From NCBI GenBank assembly GCA_947643405.1, contig CANRVY010000002.1:10233-74232 (forward strand): DNA of 64,000 bases, given 5' to 3'. The stretch comes from an uncultured Mycoplasmatota bacterium. GTDB taxonomy: Bacteria; Bacillota_I; Bacilli_A; RF39; UBA660. Of this stretch, positions 40,968 through 49,655 are shown in pieces. The translations under genes and the position numbers were made by a program. Each line of letters begins with the position of its first letter. Positions within the stretch are counted from its first letter, which is position 1. Below the pieces are notes generated by a model. That model saw only the letters and a program-made list of their open reading frames with translations, made no database searches and was not told where the DNA came from.

Positions 40968-41785
40968 TTTTTATAACGAAATAGGACAGATGGCCTATGT
41001 CCTTCTCCTGTTTTCATTTTTGAAGTTTTTTCTGTCTTTTTAGCAATGATTCTTCGAAAGGCTGGATCTAATAATTTTTTATCTAAAATCACTTCATATA
41101 CTTGTTGTAATTCCCCAAGTGTAAAATATTCTGGCATCATATTAAAGACAATATCACTAGAGTTGACTTTGTTTTTTAATCTTGTTATTCCTACTGCAAT
41201 GGTATGGGCATGATCAAAAGCAAGTTTATCATTGCTAACAATTTCATAAGCATAACGTTCTGTTGTCTTAGATATTAATGTCTTCTTTGCAACAAATTTG
41301 ATGACTTCATTTCCATTATCTAATGTTACATGCATTTCTTTTTCATCCTCTAAAACCATAACATTAAACCAAGAAGCATTTAAAGCTAATGTATCTAACA
41401 ATTTATTTTTATCAACCAAGGCCATATAAGAGGTACTAATGACTCTCATTCTTGGGTCCCTTTTTACATCTCCAAATGTATAGAGCTGTTCCATATAAAT
41501 GTTGTGTAAATTTGTTTCTGATGCGAGTACTCTTACAGCAGCATCATCAATTGTTTCTTCAATTCCTACAAATCCGCCTGGTAAACACCATTTGTCTTTA
41601 AATGGGTAAGTAGTTCTTTTTACAAGTAAAATACTAAAATATTTTTCATTTAATTTTCGATAATTTTCTTTGGTTCCATCTGAAACACTAAATAACAAAA
41701 TATCAGCAGTAATTGATAATTTTTCAAATAGACTTGAATCATAGTCTTTTAAAAATTCTGCTTCACTTTTATATTCTTTCTCCAT
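40964..41785 (-). CDS. nrtR: NrtR-like transcriptional regulator (degenerate Nudix domain plus C-terminal winged helix)
   Basis: Nudix-like box GGFVGIEETIDDAAVRVLASETNL lacks the REUxEE glutamates. About 100-aa C-terminal extension. Sits in an NAD gene cluster. Confidence 0.7.
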   Translation of the reverse strand: MEKEYKSEAEFLKDYDSSLFEKLSITADILLFSVSDGTKENYRKLNEKYFSILLVKRTTYPFKDKWCLPGGFVGIEETIDDAAVRVLASETNLHNIYMEQLYTFGDVKRDPRMRVISTSYMALVDKNKLLDTLALNASWFNVMVLEDEKEMHVTLDNGNEVIKFVAKKTLISKTTERYAYEIVSNDKLAFDHAHTIAVGITRLKNKVNSSDIVFNMMPEYFTLGELQQVYEVILDKKLLDPAFRRIIAKKTEKTSKMKTGEGHRPSVLFRYKK

Positions 41786-41849
41786 ACTATCCCTCTTCTT
41801 TATGTTTTGATTATATCATTTGAAACAAAAAACATCAAGAATTCACCAT

Positions 41850-42338
41850 CTAATTTTTGTTCTTTAATATTTGTTGTAAGGAATCCAATATTCTTTCTAT
41901 TACCATATCTTTATTTTCAAAACGATTTTCTTTGGTAACATATAAAGAATCTTTGTAAAAAGAATCTTTATTTTTATCATAAATTGCATAATAAACCAAG
42001 TCATCATTTTCAGTGATATTATTAGGGTCACTTCTTTTTAACTTTCCTGTAATTCCTACTCCATAATCAGAATGCGCAAAATCGGAAATTGCTTTTGCCA
42101 TTTCGGTTGCAGTTTCCATACTATAAACTGTATATTTTTCAATTGTTTCTTCTGGTACACCCATTTTAATTTTATATTCATTAGAATAAGTAACCGCACT
42201 ATAAAGTAGGACCTCACTGGCTCCTGGAATATTCGTTAATGCATTAGCTAATCCTCCACCAGTACATGACTCCATAGTTGCAATCTGTTCTTTTTGTTCT
42301 ATTAATAAATTTATGACTCTTTCTGCTTTTTCTATCAT
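41850..42338 (-). CDS. pncC: Nicotinamide-nucleotide amidase (CinA C-terminal domain, PncC)
   Basis: ATMESCTGGGLANALTNIPGAS motif; 162 aa. Confidence 0.85.
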   Translation of the reverse strand: MIEKAERVINLLIEQKEQIATMESCTGGGLANALTNIPGASEVLLYSAVTYSNEYKIKMGVPEETIEKYTVYSMETATEMAKAISDFAHSDYGVGITGKLKRSDPNNITENDDLVYYAIYDKNKDSFYKDSLYVTKENRFENKDMVIERILDSLQQILKNKN

Positions 42339-42417
42339 AATTTTTTTCCTTTCATTATTTAGTTATTGGTTTTTATAATCTATATTTATATACATCACAC
42401 TTCTATTATAACACGCA

Positions 42418-42588
42418 TTATAATTCTTTCAAAACATTCTCTATCCGCCTTGAAATAACATATTTATCCCTAACAAACAAATTTGCCATATGCTTCATTG
42501 ATCACCATACTATCACATCTTGCATATTTACCTCTGATTTCACATTTTGATTTTCAAATAATATAATTTCATTTTCGATAAAATTCAT
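42418..42588 (-). pseudogene. Remnant of a RhuM-family gene (N-terminal about 55 codons, in-frame TGA, truncated)
   Basis: Own translation: MNFIENEIILFENQNVKSEVNMQDVIVW*SMKHMANLFVRDKYVISRRIENVLKEL*. Compare the RhuM N-terminus pattern, recalled from memory: EIILYqTeDG.tki.V.ledetVWLsq.QmAeLFq.d..tIskHIkNIf.EgEL. Confidence 0.55.
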
Positions 42589-42754
42589 CTGACTATTTAA
42601 AATGAAAAGCATTTGGACATTTTTTTATGATGTAATACATCACAATAGTATCATAGTATACATTTATTCATCAAGAGTGAAACAGAAAATTAATTATTAT
42701 GAATATTTTATTAAATAACTATAAAAAATAGAAAAGATATGATTTTTCTCACAT

Positions 42755-43333
42755 CTATTCATATAACCTATGTTTGGAAATATAATCAGCTACATCTGAA
42801 TCTAATTCTAATAAAGCTTGTTTGTTATGATTCTTCAAAAAATAACGGATTTGTGTAGAAGATAGCTCATCTTGTTCAATTGGAACAAACTCAATATGGT
42901 TTTCATATTTTTTAAATTCTTGCATCAATTTATTTTTGGCATTTGCACGATTAATTACTAAAAAATGGTAATGTTCTAATAAATATTCGTAATTCTTCCA
43001 ATTAGGGATGTCTGCTAAATTGTCAGCCCCTAATATAAAATAAATTTCATCATTTGGTAACTCTTTTCTAAAATGTTCTAAAGTTTGAAATGTATAAGTA
43101 AGCTCATTTTTTAATTCAAAATCTGATACTTTAAAAAAAGAATGCTTTGAAGCAATAATTTTTAACATTTCAAGTCGTTTTTCTCCATCGATTAATTCTT
43201 TTTTCTGATATTTATTACCTGTTGGAACAAAAATAACTTGATCTAAATATTTCTTTTCAATTAATTCTCTAGCCATTCGTTCATGCATTTTATGTGGCGG
43301 ATTAAAACTTCCTCCAAAAATTCCTATTTTCAT
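42755..43333 (-). CDS. nadD: Nicotinate-nucleotide adenylyltransferase
   Basis: GIFGGSFNPPHKMH (GxFxPxHxxH) and SSTQIR motifs. Confidence 0.9.
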   Translation of the reverse strand: MKIGIFGGSFNPPHKMHERMARELIEKKYLDQVIFVPTGNKYQKKELIDGEKRLEMLKIIASKHSFFKVSDFELKNELTYTFQTLEHFRKELPNDEIYFILGADNLADIPNWKNYEYLLEHYHFLVINRANAKNKLMQEFKKYENHIEFVPIEQDELSSTQIRYFLKNHNKQALLELDSDVADYISKHRLYE

Positions 43334-43337
43334 TTTA

Positions 43338-44123
43338 TCACCTCAAAAACTTTTCTCTAATGACAGTTCCAAATGGAACATTATGATATCTTAGTCTCTT
43401 AATCTTTTTATCTCCTACTTTAGAAGTGATTTTTGTCACTTCTTCCAATTCATAATTTTCTCCATCTACTGTAACAATTAAGTCTTTTTTAGTATCTGAT
43501 TCTAAATCAATTGGCACATATTCGGGCATTACAATTGAATTTTGTAAATTCCTGTAACTACTACTATTAAAAGGAGCTATTGGAGTTAATTGTAATGTAT
43601 GAAGTTTAAAATATACCATACTTCCTCCAAAACTTAAATTATAGGCAGTGGAACCGATTGAGGTAGAAATCAGCATTCCATCCCCTTTGAACTTTTCTAA
43701 AAATTCCCCTTCTAGTTTTACATTTAAAGTAAGGCTATTTAAATCTCTATCTCTTACAACAATATCATTAAGTGCAATAAACTTCTTTTTTTCTTTTCCA
43801 TAAACAGTTGTTTCTAAAACTCCAATTTCATTTATTTTATAATCTCCGTGCTCTAAATAACTTACAAATTCTTCTAATTCATTTGGAAGCACTTCAGGTA
43901 GAAATCCTAATGTCCCTGTATGCACACCAATATAATAGATGCTTGGATCAAAATTTGTCTCTTTTACCATTCTAAGAAATGCTCCATCTCCACCAATTGA
44001 AATAGCAATTTCATATTTTTTTTCATCAATTTCAAAGTTATGATGATATAGATGTTCTGTCAATTCTTCTGCAACTGTTTTTGAAAATTCATTTTGATTT
44101 ATAAATAGTCTTACTTTTTTCAT
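43338..44123 (-). CDS. nadK: NAD kinase
   Basis: GGDGAFLR, the NDIVV region, and TAYNLSFGGS. Confidence 0.9.
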   Translation of the reverse strand: MKKVRLFINQNEFSKTVAEELTEHLYHHNFEIDEKKYEIAISIGGDGAFLRMVKETNFDPSIYYIGVHTGTLGFLPEVLPNELEEFVSYLEHGDYKINEIGVLETTVYGKEKKKFIALNDIVVRDRDLNSLTLNVKLEGEFLEKFKGDGMLISTSIGSTAYNLSFGGSMVYFKLHTLQLTPIAPFNSSSYRNLQNSIVMPEYVPIDLESDTKKDLIVTVDGENYELEEVTKITSKVGDKKIKRLRYHNVPFGTVIREKFLR

Positions 44124-44124
44124 T

Positions 44125-44883
44125 CTAACCTCTCCTATAAGTTGGGATTACAAATTTATGAGCATTATTTTTATGTAATCTTTCAATTGTATTTCTGTCT
44201 TTTTCTGTTACTTTATTTGGATCTTCCATATAATCGGCAATTGCTTTATAAGTAACTCCTAATTTATCCTCATCCGTTTTATTTGATAAGCCATCATTTG
44301 GTGCTTTGTATAAAACAGGATCTGGAACACCTAGTTCTGCTCCAAGTGCGATTACTTCCTCTACGGTTAAATCGGCGATTGGTGAAATGTCATGCACACT
44401 ATCTCCACCTTTTGTAAAATACCCAACATAAAGTTCACATTTATTGCTTGTTCCAGCTACCAAATATGTCTTAGATTTTAATTTGCTAAATAAAGCAGCC
44501 AAATAATAAACAGTTGCCATTCTAAGACGTGGTTTCAAATTAATATCACTATCTTTTGTGATTTCTTCATTAAAGTCTCCAATATTTTTTAATTCTTCTT
44601 TAAAAGAATCATAAATTCCTGTTAAGTCAAAATTGTAAAGTGGAAAACCATAATAATCGCTTACTAGTTTGGCATCACTCTTATCTGTCTCTACAGAATG
44701 GCATGGAAGTGTTACTCCAATTACATTTTCTTTTCCTAAGGCTTCTACAAATAATCCAGCTACAACACCACTGTCTTTTCCACCACTAATTCCTAAAATA
44801 GCCCCATCAACGTGATTTTTGCTATAATAATCTCTAATAAAATCAACAATTCTTTCCTTTTCTTTCTTTGCATCAAATTTCAT
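44125..44883 (-). CDS. nadE: NH3-dependent NAD+ synthetase
   Basis: PP-loop GISGGKDS; YFTKGGD; 252 aa. Confidence 0.9.
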   Translation of the reverse strand: MKFDAKKEKERIVDFIRDYYSKNHVDGAILGISGGKDSGVVAGLFVEALGKENVIGVTLPCHSVETDKSDAKLVSDYYGFPLYNFDLTGIYDSFKEELKNIGDFNEEITKDSDINLKPRLRMATVYYLAALFSKLKSKTYLVAGTSNKCELYVGYFTKGGDSVHDISPIADLTVEEVIALGAELGVPDPVLYKAPNDGLSNKTDEDKLGVTYKAIADYMEDPNKVTEKDRNTIERLHKNNAHKFVIPTYRRG

Positions 44884-45018
44884 AAATATTCCTCCTTCAA
44901 AGCTTTCTCTTTGCTTCTATATCCATTATAAGCTCGTTTTTATCAAAAGTATAATATTGTTTCATAATATAAATTATAAGTTATTCTTATAATACTAGGA
45001 AAAGCTTTGTAATTTTTC

Positions 45019-45615
45019 TTATCTTTTAAGTAAATATTGCTTGGCTCTTTCTAATGCTAACTGCGCTTGCAAATCTTCAATATATCCCAATTCTACTAAT
45101 TCTAAAGCTTCCTCATAACGACATTCTAAAAATCTTACAAATTCTTCTGGATCTAATGATTGTTGTTTTTGTTTTTTTGCTCCCATTCCTAGATAAGCAT
45201 AATTATAAGCTCTACTGATACCAGGATCTTGATAATATTTGGCAAGCAATTGATAGTCATTGCAAACATATCCTGTTTCTTCTTCCAATTCTCTTTTGGC
45301 AGCCTTTAAAGGTTCTTCTCCGTATTCTATATATCCAGCAGGAAGTCCAACAGCCACTGTTTTAGTAGAGCCTAATCTTGGCTCTACTACAAGAACAGTT
45401 TCCCCATTTTTCGTTACAGGAAGTATGATTGCTGCACTGCCGTCTTTTTGTTGTTTTTTTAATAATTCTCTAGTCATCATTTTCCCATTATTCAAATGAT
45501 ATATGGCAGGTTCTACAGTTAAAAATTTTGGACTGGTAGAAAGTGGTTCTACTTTTACCGTTTTTAATTCTTCAATATAACTTTTTAATTCTTCTAACTT
45601 TTCTTTTCTTACCAT
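45019..45615 (-). CDS. Nudix hydrolase, ADP-ribose pyrophosphatase-like
   Basis: Intact Nudix box GYIEYGEEPLKAAKRELEEETGY. Confidence 0.8.
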   Translation of the reverse strand: MVRKEKLEELKSYIEELKTVKVEPLSTSPKFLTVEPAIYHLNNGKMMTRELLKKQQKDGSAAIILPVTKNGETVLVVEPRLGSTKTVAVGLPAGYIEYGEEPLKAAKRELEEETGYVCNDYQLLAKYYQDPGISRAYNYAYLGMGAKKQKQQSLDPEEFVRFLECRYEEALELVELGYIEDLQAQLALERAKQYLLKR

Positions 45616-47069
45616 AATCCACCAATACTCTTTTCTTTTGGAGTTACTTTTTCCGTTGTACTTGCTATTAATTCCTTTTTTAATTTTAAAAGTTCTAAAG
45701 TTAAATCAACATAATATTTATGTGGCTTTTCTAAACGTTTTACTTCCTCATATAAAGTATCCATTTGAGCTGTACAATAATTTCTGCTTTCTGTTAAAGT
45801 TGGTTCTTTATAAACAAGTGCACCATTTTGAAAGATTGGAACTTGCAATTCTTTCACTTCATAATCTGTAATTGTCGTTTGCTTCCAAGTGTCTGTTGGA
45901 TCTATTAATGTGAATTGATCTGTTGGGATTAACTCATGAGCAAGTGCTACAACATCTCCAAGAGCATAACCAGTTTTCTTGTCATAGAAACGATATACTC
46001 GTTTTTTCCCTGGATTAATGGTTTTAATTTCATCTGCACTTACTTTTATTTTAGGAATTATGTTTCCCATTTCTTCTATTGCAACCAATTTATAAACTCC
46101 ACCAAGGCGATCTAAAGGTGCTGCAATATTATCGCCAATTCCATAAGAATCTACTTTTGCTCCTTGTGCATTCAAATCCCTTACTGTTTCTGCTGTTAAT
46201 CCATTTGATAAACAAATTGTAGCGTCTTGATATCCAGCTTCGTCTAGCATTTTTCTTGCTTCTTTTGAAAGATAGGCCAAATCTCCACTATCAATTCTGA
46301 TTCCTTTGAAAGGTAACCCATTTGGTTTCAAATATTCATTGGCAACTCGAATTGCATTTGGAACTCCACTTCTAAGAACATCATAAGTATCTACTAAGAA
46401 AACAGTATTTTCTGGATTGTGTTTCGCGTATTTTAAGAAAGCCTCATATTCGCTATCAAACGCAGTAATCCATGAATGGGCCATTGTTCCTAAAGTTGGA
46501 ACTTTATAATATCTTCCTGTTGCTTCATTAGATGTACCACAGCAACCAGCTAGATAAGCATTTTTTCCAGCATCTATAGCTGCTTTAGTATGCGTTCTTC
46601 TGCTTCCAAATTCCATAACTGGTTTTTTTGCTTCTAATACAATTCTTTTGGCTGCAGTCGCTACTAAAGAAGCGCTGTTGAAATGGCTTAATAATAAAGT
46701 TTCTAAAATTTGCGCTTCTATTAGATTGGCTTTTACTGTGATTGCTGGTTCATTTGGAAATATTGGTGTTCCATCAGGAATTGCATAAATATCACCAGTA
46801 AATTTAAAATTTCTTAAATATTCTAAAAATTCTTTTGAATATACTCCTTGATTTTCAAAGTACTCAATATCTTCTTTTTCAAAATGCATATTCTTAACAT
46901 CTCTAATAATCTGATCTAATCCTGCCATAATGGTATATCCATTCTGTAATGGATTTCTTCTGAAGAAAACATCAAAATATGCAATTTGATCCTTCATTCC
47001 CTCCTCAAAATATCCATTTGACATTGTAAATTCATAACGGTCTGTTGACATAATTTCATTCATTTTCAT
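45609..47069 (-). CDS. pncB: Nicotinate phosphoribosyltransferase
   Basis: 486 aa; TDRYEFTM N-terminus, GTMAHSWI, IRIDSGDL. Confidence 0.9.
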   Translation of the reverse strand: MKMNEIMSTDRYEFTMSNGYFEEGMKDQIAYFDVFFRRNPLQNGYTIMAGLDQIIRDVKNMHFEKEDIEYFENQGVYSKEFLEYLRNFKFTGDIYAIPDGTPIFPNEPAITVKANLIEAQILETLLLSHFNSASLVATAAKRIVLEAKKPVMEFGSRRTHTKAAIDAGKNAYLAGCCGTSNEATGRYYKVPTLGTMAHSWITAFDSEYEAFLKYAKHNPENTVFLVDTYDVLRSGVPNAIRVANEYLKPNGLPFKGIRIDSGDLAYLSKEARKMLDEAGYQDATICLSNGLTAETVRDLNAQGAKVDSYGIGDNIAAPLDRLGGVYKLVAIEEMGNIIPKIKVSADEIKTINPGKKRVYRFYDKKTGYALGDVVALAHELIPTDQFTLIDPTDTWKQTTITDYEVKELQVPIFQNGALVYKEPTLTESRNYCTAQMDTLYEEVKRLEKPHKYYVDLTLELLKLKKELIASTTEKVTPKEKSIGGLW

Positions 47070-47092
47070 AATAATCTTCCTTCTTTCCTTTT

Positions 47093-47689
47093 TTAAAGTA
47101 CATATTGTTTTTGCTTTTGACTTACATAACTTTCTACAAGATTGATTCCTGCTCTTCGCATTTTTTCAAAACCAACTTCGTTCATCACTTTTCTATCGTG
47201 ACTTGGACCATCAAAAGTTTCTACCAAATCCATTGGAACTGTAATTGGAGTATTTATTCCATTTTCCTTTTGGAACTCTGCTAAAGAAGTTGTGAAGTCT
47301 GTCACGCAAATATCTGTGCAGCATCCTACAACAACAATCTCGTCATATTCTTCATAATGAGCTTGATAAAATTCCCTAAAACGCTCTGTATTAAATCCAT
47401 TGGTCGTATTTTTAGGAATGTCTATCATTTTTGCTCCTAAAGGTTTTAATTCTGGAACTAGTTCGCTTTCTTCTGTCCCATTTAAACAGTGGATTGGATA
47501 AGTTTCAAATTCTATATCATCCAAACTGTGACAATCTCTAAAACTGATCACATCATTTCCTTCTGCTATACTTTCTTCTACTAAGTTTTTAATTCCTGGT
47601 ACAATGTGATTAATATAAGAATCATGTAATGCTCCTATATTTACAAATCCATTCACCATATCTACTACTACAATTAATTTCTTTTTCAT
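47093..47689 (-). CDS. pncA: Isochorismatase-family nicotinamidase
   Basis: VVVDMVNGF (Asp) and VVGCCTDICV (Cys) catalytic motifs. Adjacent to pncB. Confidence 0.75.
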   Translation of the reverse strand: MKKKLIVVVDMVNGFVNIGALHDSYINHIVPGIKNLVEESIAEGNDVISFRDCHSLDDIEFETYPIHCLNGTEESELVPELKPLGAKMIDIPKNTTNGFNTERFREFYQAHYEEYDEIVVVGCCTDICVTDFTTSLAEFQKENGINTPITVPMDLVETFDGPSHDRKVMNEVGFEKMRRAGINLVESYVSQKQKQYVL

Positions 47690-47728
47690 TTCATTTCCTT
47701 CTTTCTATCTTTTTGTTAAAAACAAACT

Positions 47729-48418
47729 TTATAATAATTGGTAGACTTTCCCTACCTTATTTTCTAATAACTTATTAATTGCTTCTATTGCAATCAAATA
47801 GGATCCTTGACTTTGATTTTTTAAAATTGGTAAAATTGTTTCTCCATCTTGTAACAATTCTAATTCTTCTATGTCCTGAAAATCTGAAACACAAGCTCTT
47901 TCAATTTGAACATCTAATTGGTTGTGTTCTTTTCTAGGACCTATTTTAATAAAATGTTCGGTTTCTAATGTTCTTCCATATAAACCATTTTCATCCTTTT
48001 CTTGATAATAATTTAAACTTCCACTACTAAGTCCATTCAAAATATAAGCTTCTTCTTTTACGAATGGCGCTATTAAATCAAACGGTTCTGTAGGTACTTC
48101 TCCTCTTCCAATAATTTCTGGCATTTTAATAGAATCACAAGAAATTTGCTCTAACATTTCCCAGCTTTCTATTTTAAGCCTTCCATTCACTTCTGTTATG
48201 GTTCCTTGATACACTTGAATCAAATATGGTGTAATAATGAAATATATCGATTTCTTTCTAGTATCTCTTTTTCCATAATACAGTTCTAAATTGTAAGGTT
48301 TCAGCCTTTCGTTTTGATGATTTAAAGAATCTATATGTTCTAAAAAATTTTTATCTTTTTTATATTTTTCTATCGAAATCCAATTTTGAACTAACTTCCA
48401 AATTTCTTTTTCTTCCAT
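47729..48418 (-). CDS. Hypothetical soluble protein, first gene of the pncA-pncB-Nudix transcription unit
   Basis: 229-aa ORF with GGAG RBS, 39 nt upstream of pncA. It has its own perfect promoter. No recognisable motif. Confidence 0.55.
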   Translation of the reverse strand: MEEKEIWKLVQNWISIEKYKKDKNFLEHIDSLNHQNERLKPYNLELYYGKRDTRKKSIYFIITPYLIQVYQGTITEVNGRLKIESWEMLEQISCDSIKMPEIIGRGEVPTEPFDLIAPFVKEEAYILNGLSSGSLNYYQEKDENGLYGRTLETEHFIKIGPRKEHNQLDVQIERACVSDFQDIEELELLQDGETILPILKNQSQGSYLIAIEAINKLLENKVGKVYQLL

Positions 48419-48494
48419 TTTAATCTCCTTCTTATTATCTTTTTGTTAATATCTTAAATTAAAATTTATACAGATCGGCCTTTCTGTTAATAAC

Positions 48495-48523
48495 ATTATA
48501 TAAAAAAGATTTTAATTTGTCAA
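48495..48523 (-). promoter_or_regulatory. Consensus sigma-A promoter of the 229-aa/pncA/pncB/Nudix operon
   Basis: Minus strand reads TTGACA-AATTAAAATCTTTTTTA-TATAAT (17-nt spacer). Confidence 0.7.
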
Positions 48524-48616
48524 CTACTTTTTATCATTTTTTTAAAAACAAATTAATTAAATTTTGAATAATCATTGAAAAACAATAGTAAAACGCCAAT
48601 AAAAAAAAGAATATTT

Positions 48617-49360
48617 TTATTCTTTTTCGATCTTTTTAAAACCATTTCGACTCCAAAGCCATAATGGTGTATGAATATCTATTGGGTGATATTTGGTCCT
48701 TTTTAAAGCTTGATTCCACCTCTCAATAACCAGTTTCTGAACATTGTTAGAGTTTAGCTCCTCTTCTGTAATCAGCCCCAAATGGTAAGTAGCTTTACAT
48801 AGATGAGTATCTGGAGCAACTGTTAAGTTCTCTGGGTCTTCATACCTTTGATCTGCATACTGACTCATTACATAAAGCCAATAATTACAAATTTTTGTTC
48901 CTGATAAATATGGAAATTTTTTCTTTTCTTCTATTTGCATAAACTTTCGGATTTCATTCACATTGTTATGAAATTTCAGAAAGATATTTCTAACATCTCC
49001 ATCAAAATCATTCACAATAGTATTACAAAGTCTTATCCAGACTTCTGTTTGTTTATTTTTTTGAAGTGCTACTTTATATTTTGTAAGGGCTTCTTGAACT
49101 TTTTCAAAACTTGATTCCACTACTTTTTTAGGATCAAATACAAAACGTGTTTCTGCATCATTATATGTTTTATTAGCACTTTCCCATAATGTATAAGAAT
49201 TCCTTTGATAATTTAATGCCATAGGAAGTGTAAAATACAAATAATTTTGGCAAGACGACTTTTCTAAATTTGGATTTTCATCCTCTGGCATGAATTCTCC
49301 TCCTAGTAATCCCTTCTTATAATATGATAATAAAATTTCTATTTTTTCTAATAATTCCAT
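48617..49360 (-). CDS. HhH-GPD-like (endonuclease III/DNA-glycosylase-fold) protein, divergent
   Basis: FPYLSGTKICNYWLYVM (HhH-like) followed by VAPDTHLCKATYHLGLI (compare VDTHV.R...RLGL of Nth/MutY). Start re-set to MELLEKIE (ATG 49360), 4 nt after AGGAG. The track ORF extends to 49450 and would overlap the upstream gene. Confidence 0.45.
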   Translation of the reverse strand: MELLEKIEILLSYYKKGLLGGEFMPEDENPNLEKSSCQNYLYFTLPMALNYQRNSYTLWESANKTYNDAETRFVFDPKKVVESSFEKVQEALTKYKVALQKNKQTEVWIRLCNTIVNDFDGDVRNIFLKFHNNVNEIRKFMQIEEKKKFPYLSGTKICNYWLYVMSQYADQRYEDPENLTVAPDTHLCKATYHLGLITEEELNSNNVQKLVIERWNQALKRTKYHPIDIHTPLWLWSRNGFKKIEKE

Positions 49361-49367
49361 AATACTC

Positions 49368-49655
49368 CTATTTATTTGTTTCATTATAATAATGAAGCTC
49401 CGATAATTCTTCCGATATTTTTTCAAGTTCTTCTGCTTCTGGCATTTCATTTAAAACTTCTTCTATTTCAAATAATAAAGAAGAGAGACTATTGTAATTT
49501 TGATAAAAAATGTGGTAACGCTCTAATATTTTTATTTGTGAATCTTTTAACATTAATCCGTTTTTCCGTTTTATATAAAAATCATGATCAATATTTAAAT
49601 CCTCCATTAAAGAGTCAATATTGACATTATAACCATTAATCTTCATATATATCAC
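49368..49655 (-). CDS. Hypothetical small acidic protein
   Basis: 95 aa. ATGA start/stop overlap with the upstream gene and a 7-nt gap to the downstream gene. No known motif. Confidence 0.45.
   Translation of the reverse strand: MIYMKINGYNVNIDSLMEDLNIDHDFYIKRKNGLMLKDSQIKILERYHIFYQNYNSLSSLLFEIEEVLNEMPEAEELEKISEELSELHYYNETNK

Noticed and set aside
42339-42754. Possible riboswitch or long leader for pncC, or an NAD-class riboswitch, in the 416-nt gap
   Set aside because: I found no convincing conserved helices. The segment is better explained by a RhuM gene remnant plus its old upstream region.
40964-47689. NAD cluster as a phage-derived NAD reconstitution or counter-defence island
   Set aside because: The genes are canonical bacterial pncA/pncB/nadD/nadE/nadK with an NrtR-type regulator. 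Housekeeping genes flank the cluster, and no phage structural or integration genes are present.
49361-49450. N-terminal 30-codon extension of the HhH-GPD-like ORF (track start 49450)
   Set aside because: It would overlap the upstream 95-aa gene by 83 nt. The ATG at 49360 has an AGGAG RBS 4 nt upstream and gives a compact 7-nt intergenic spacing.
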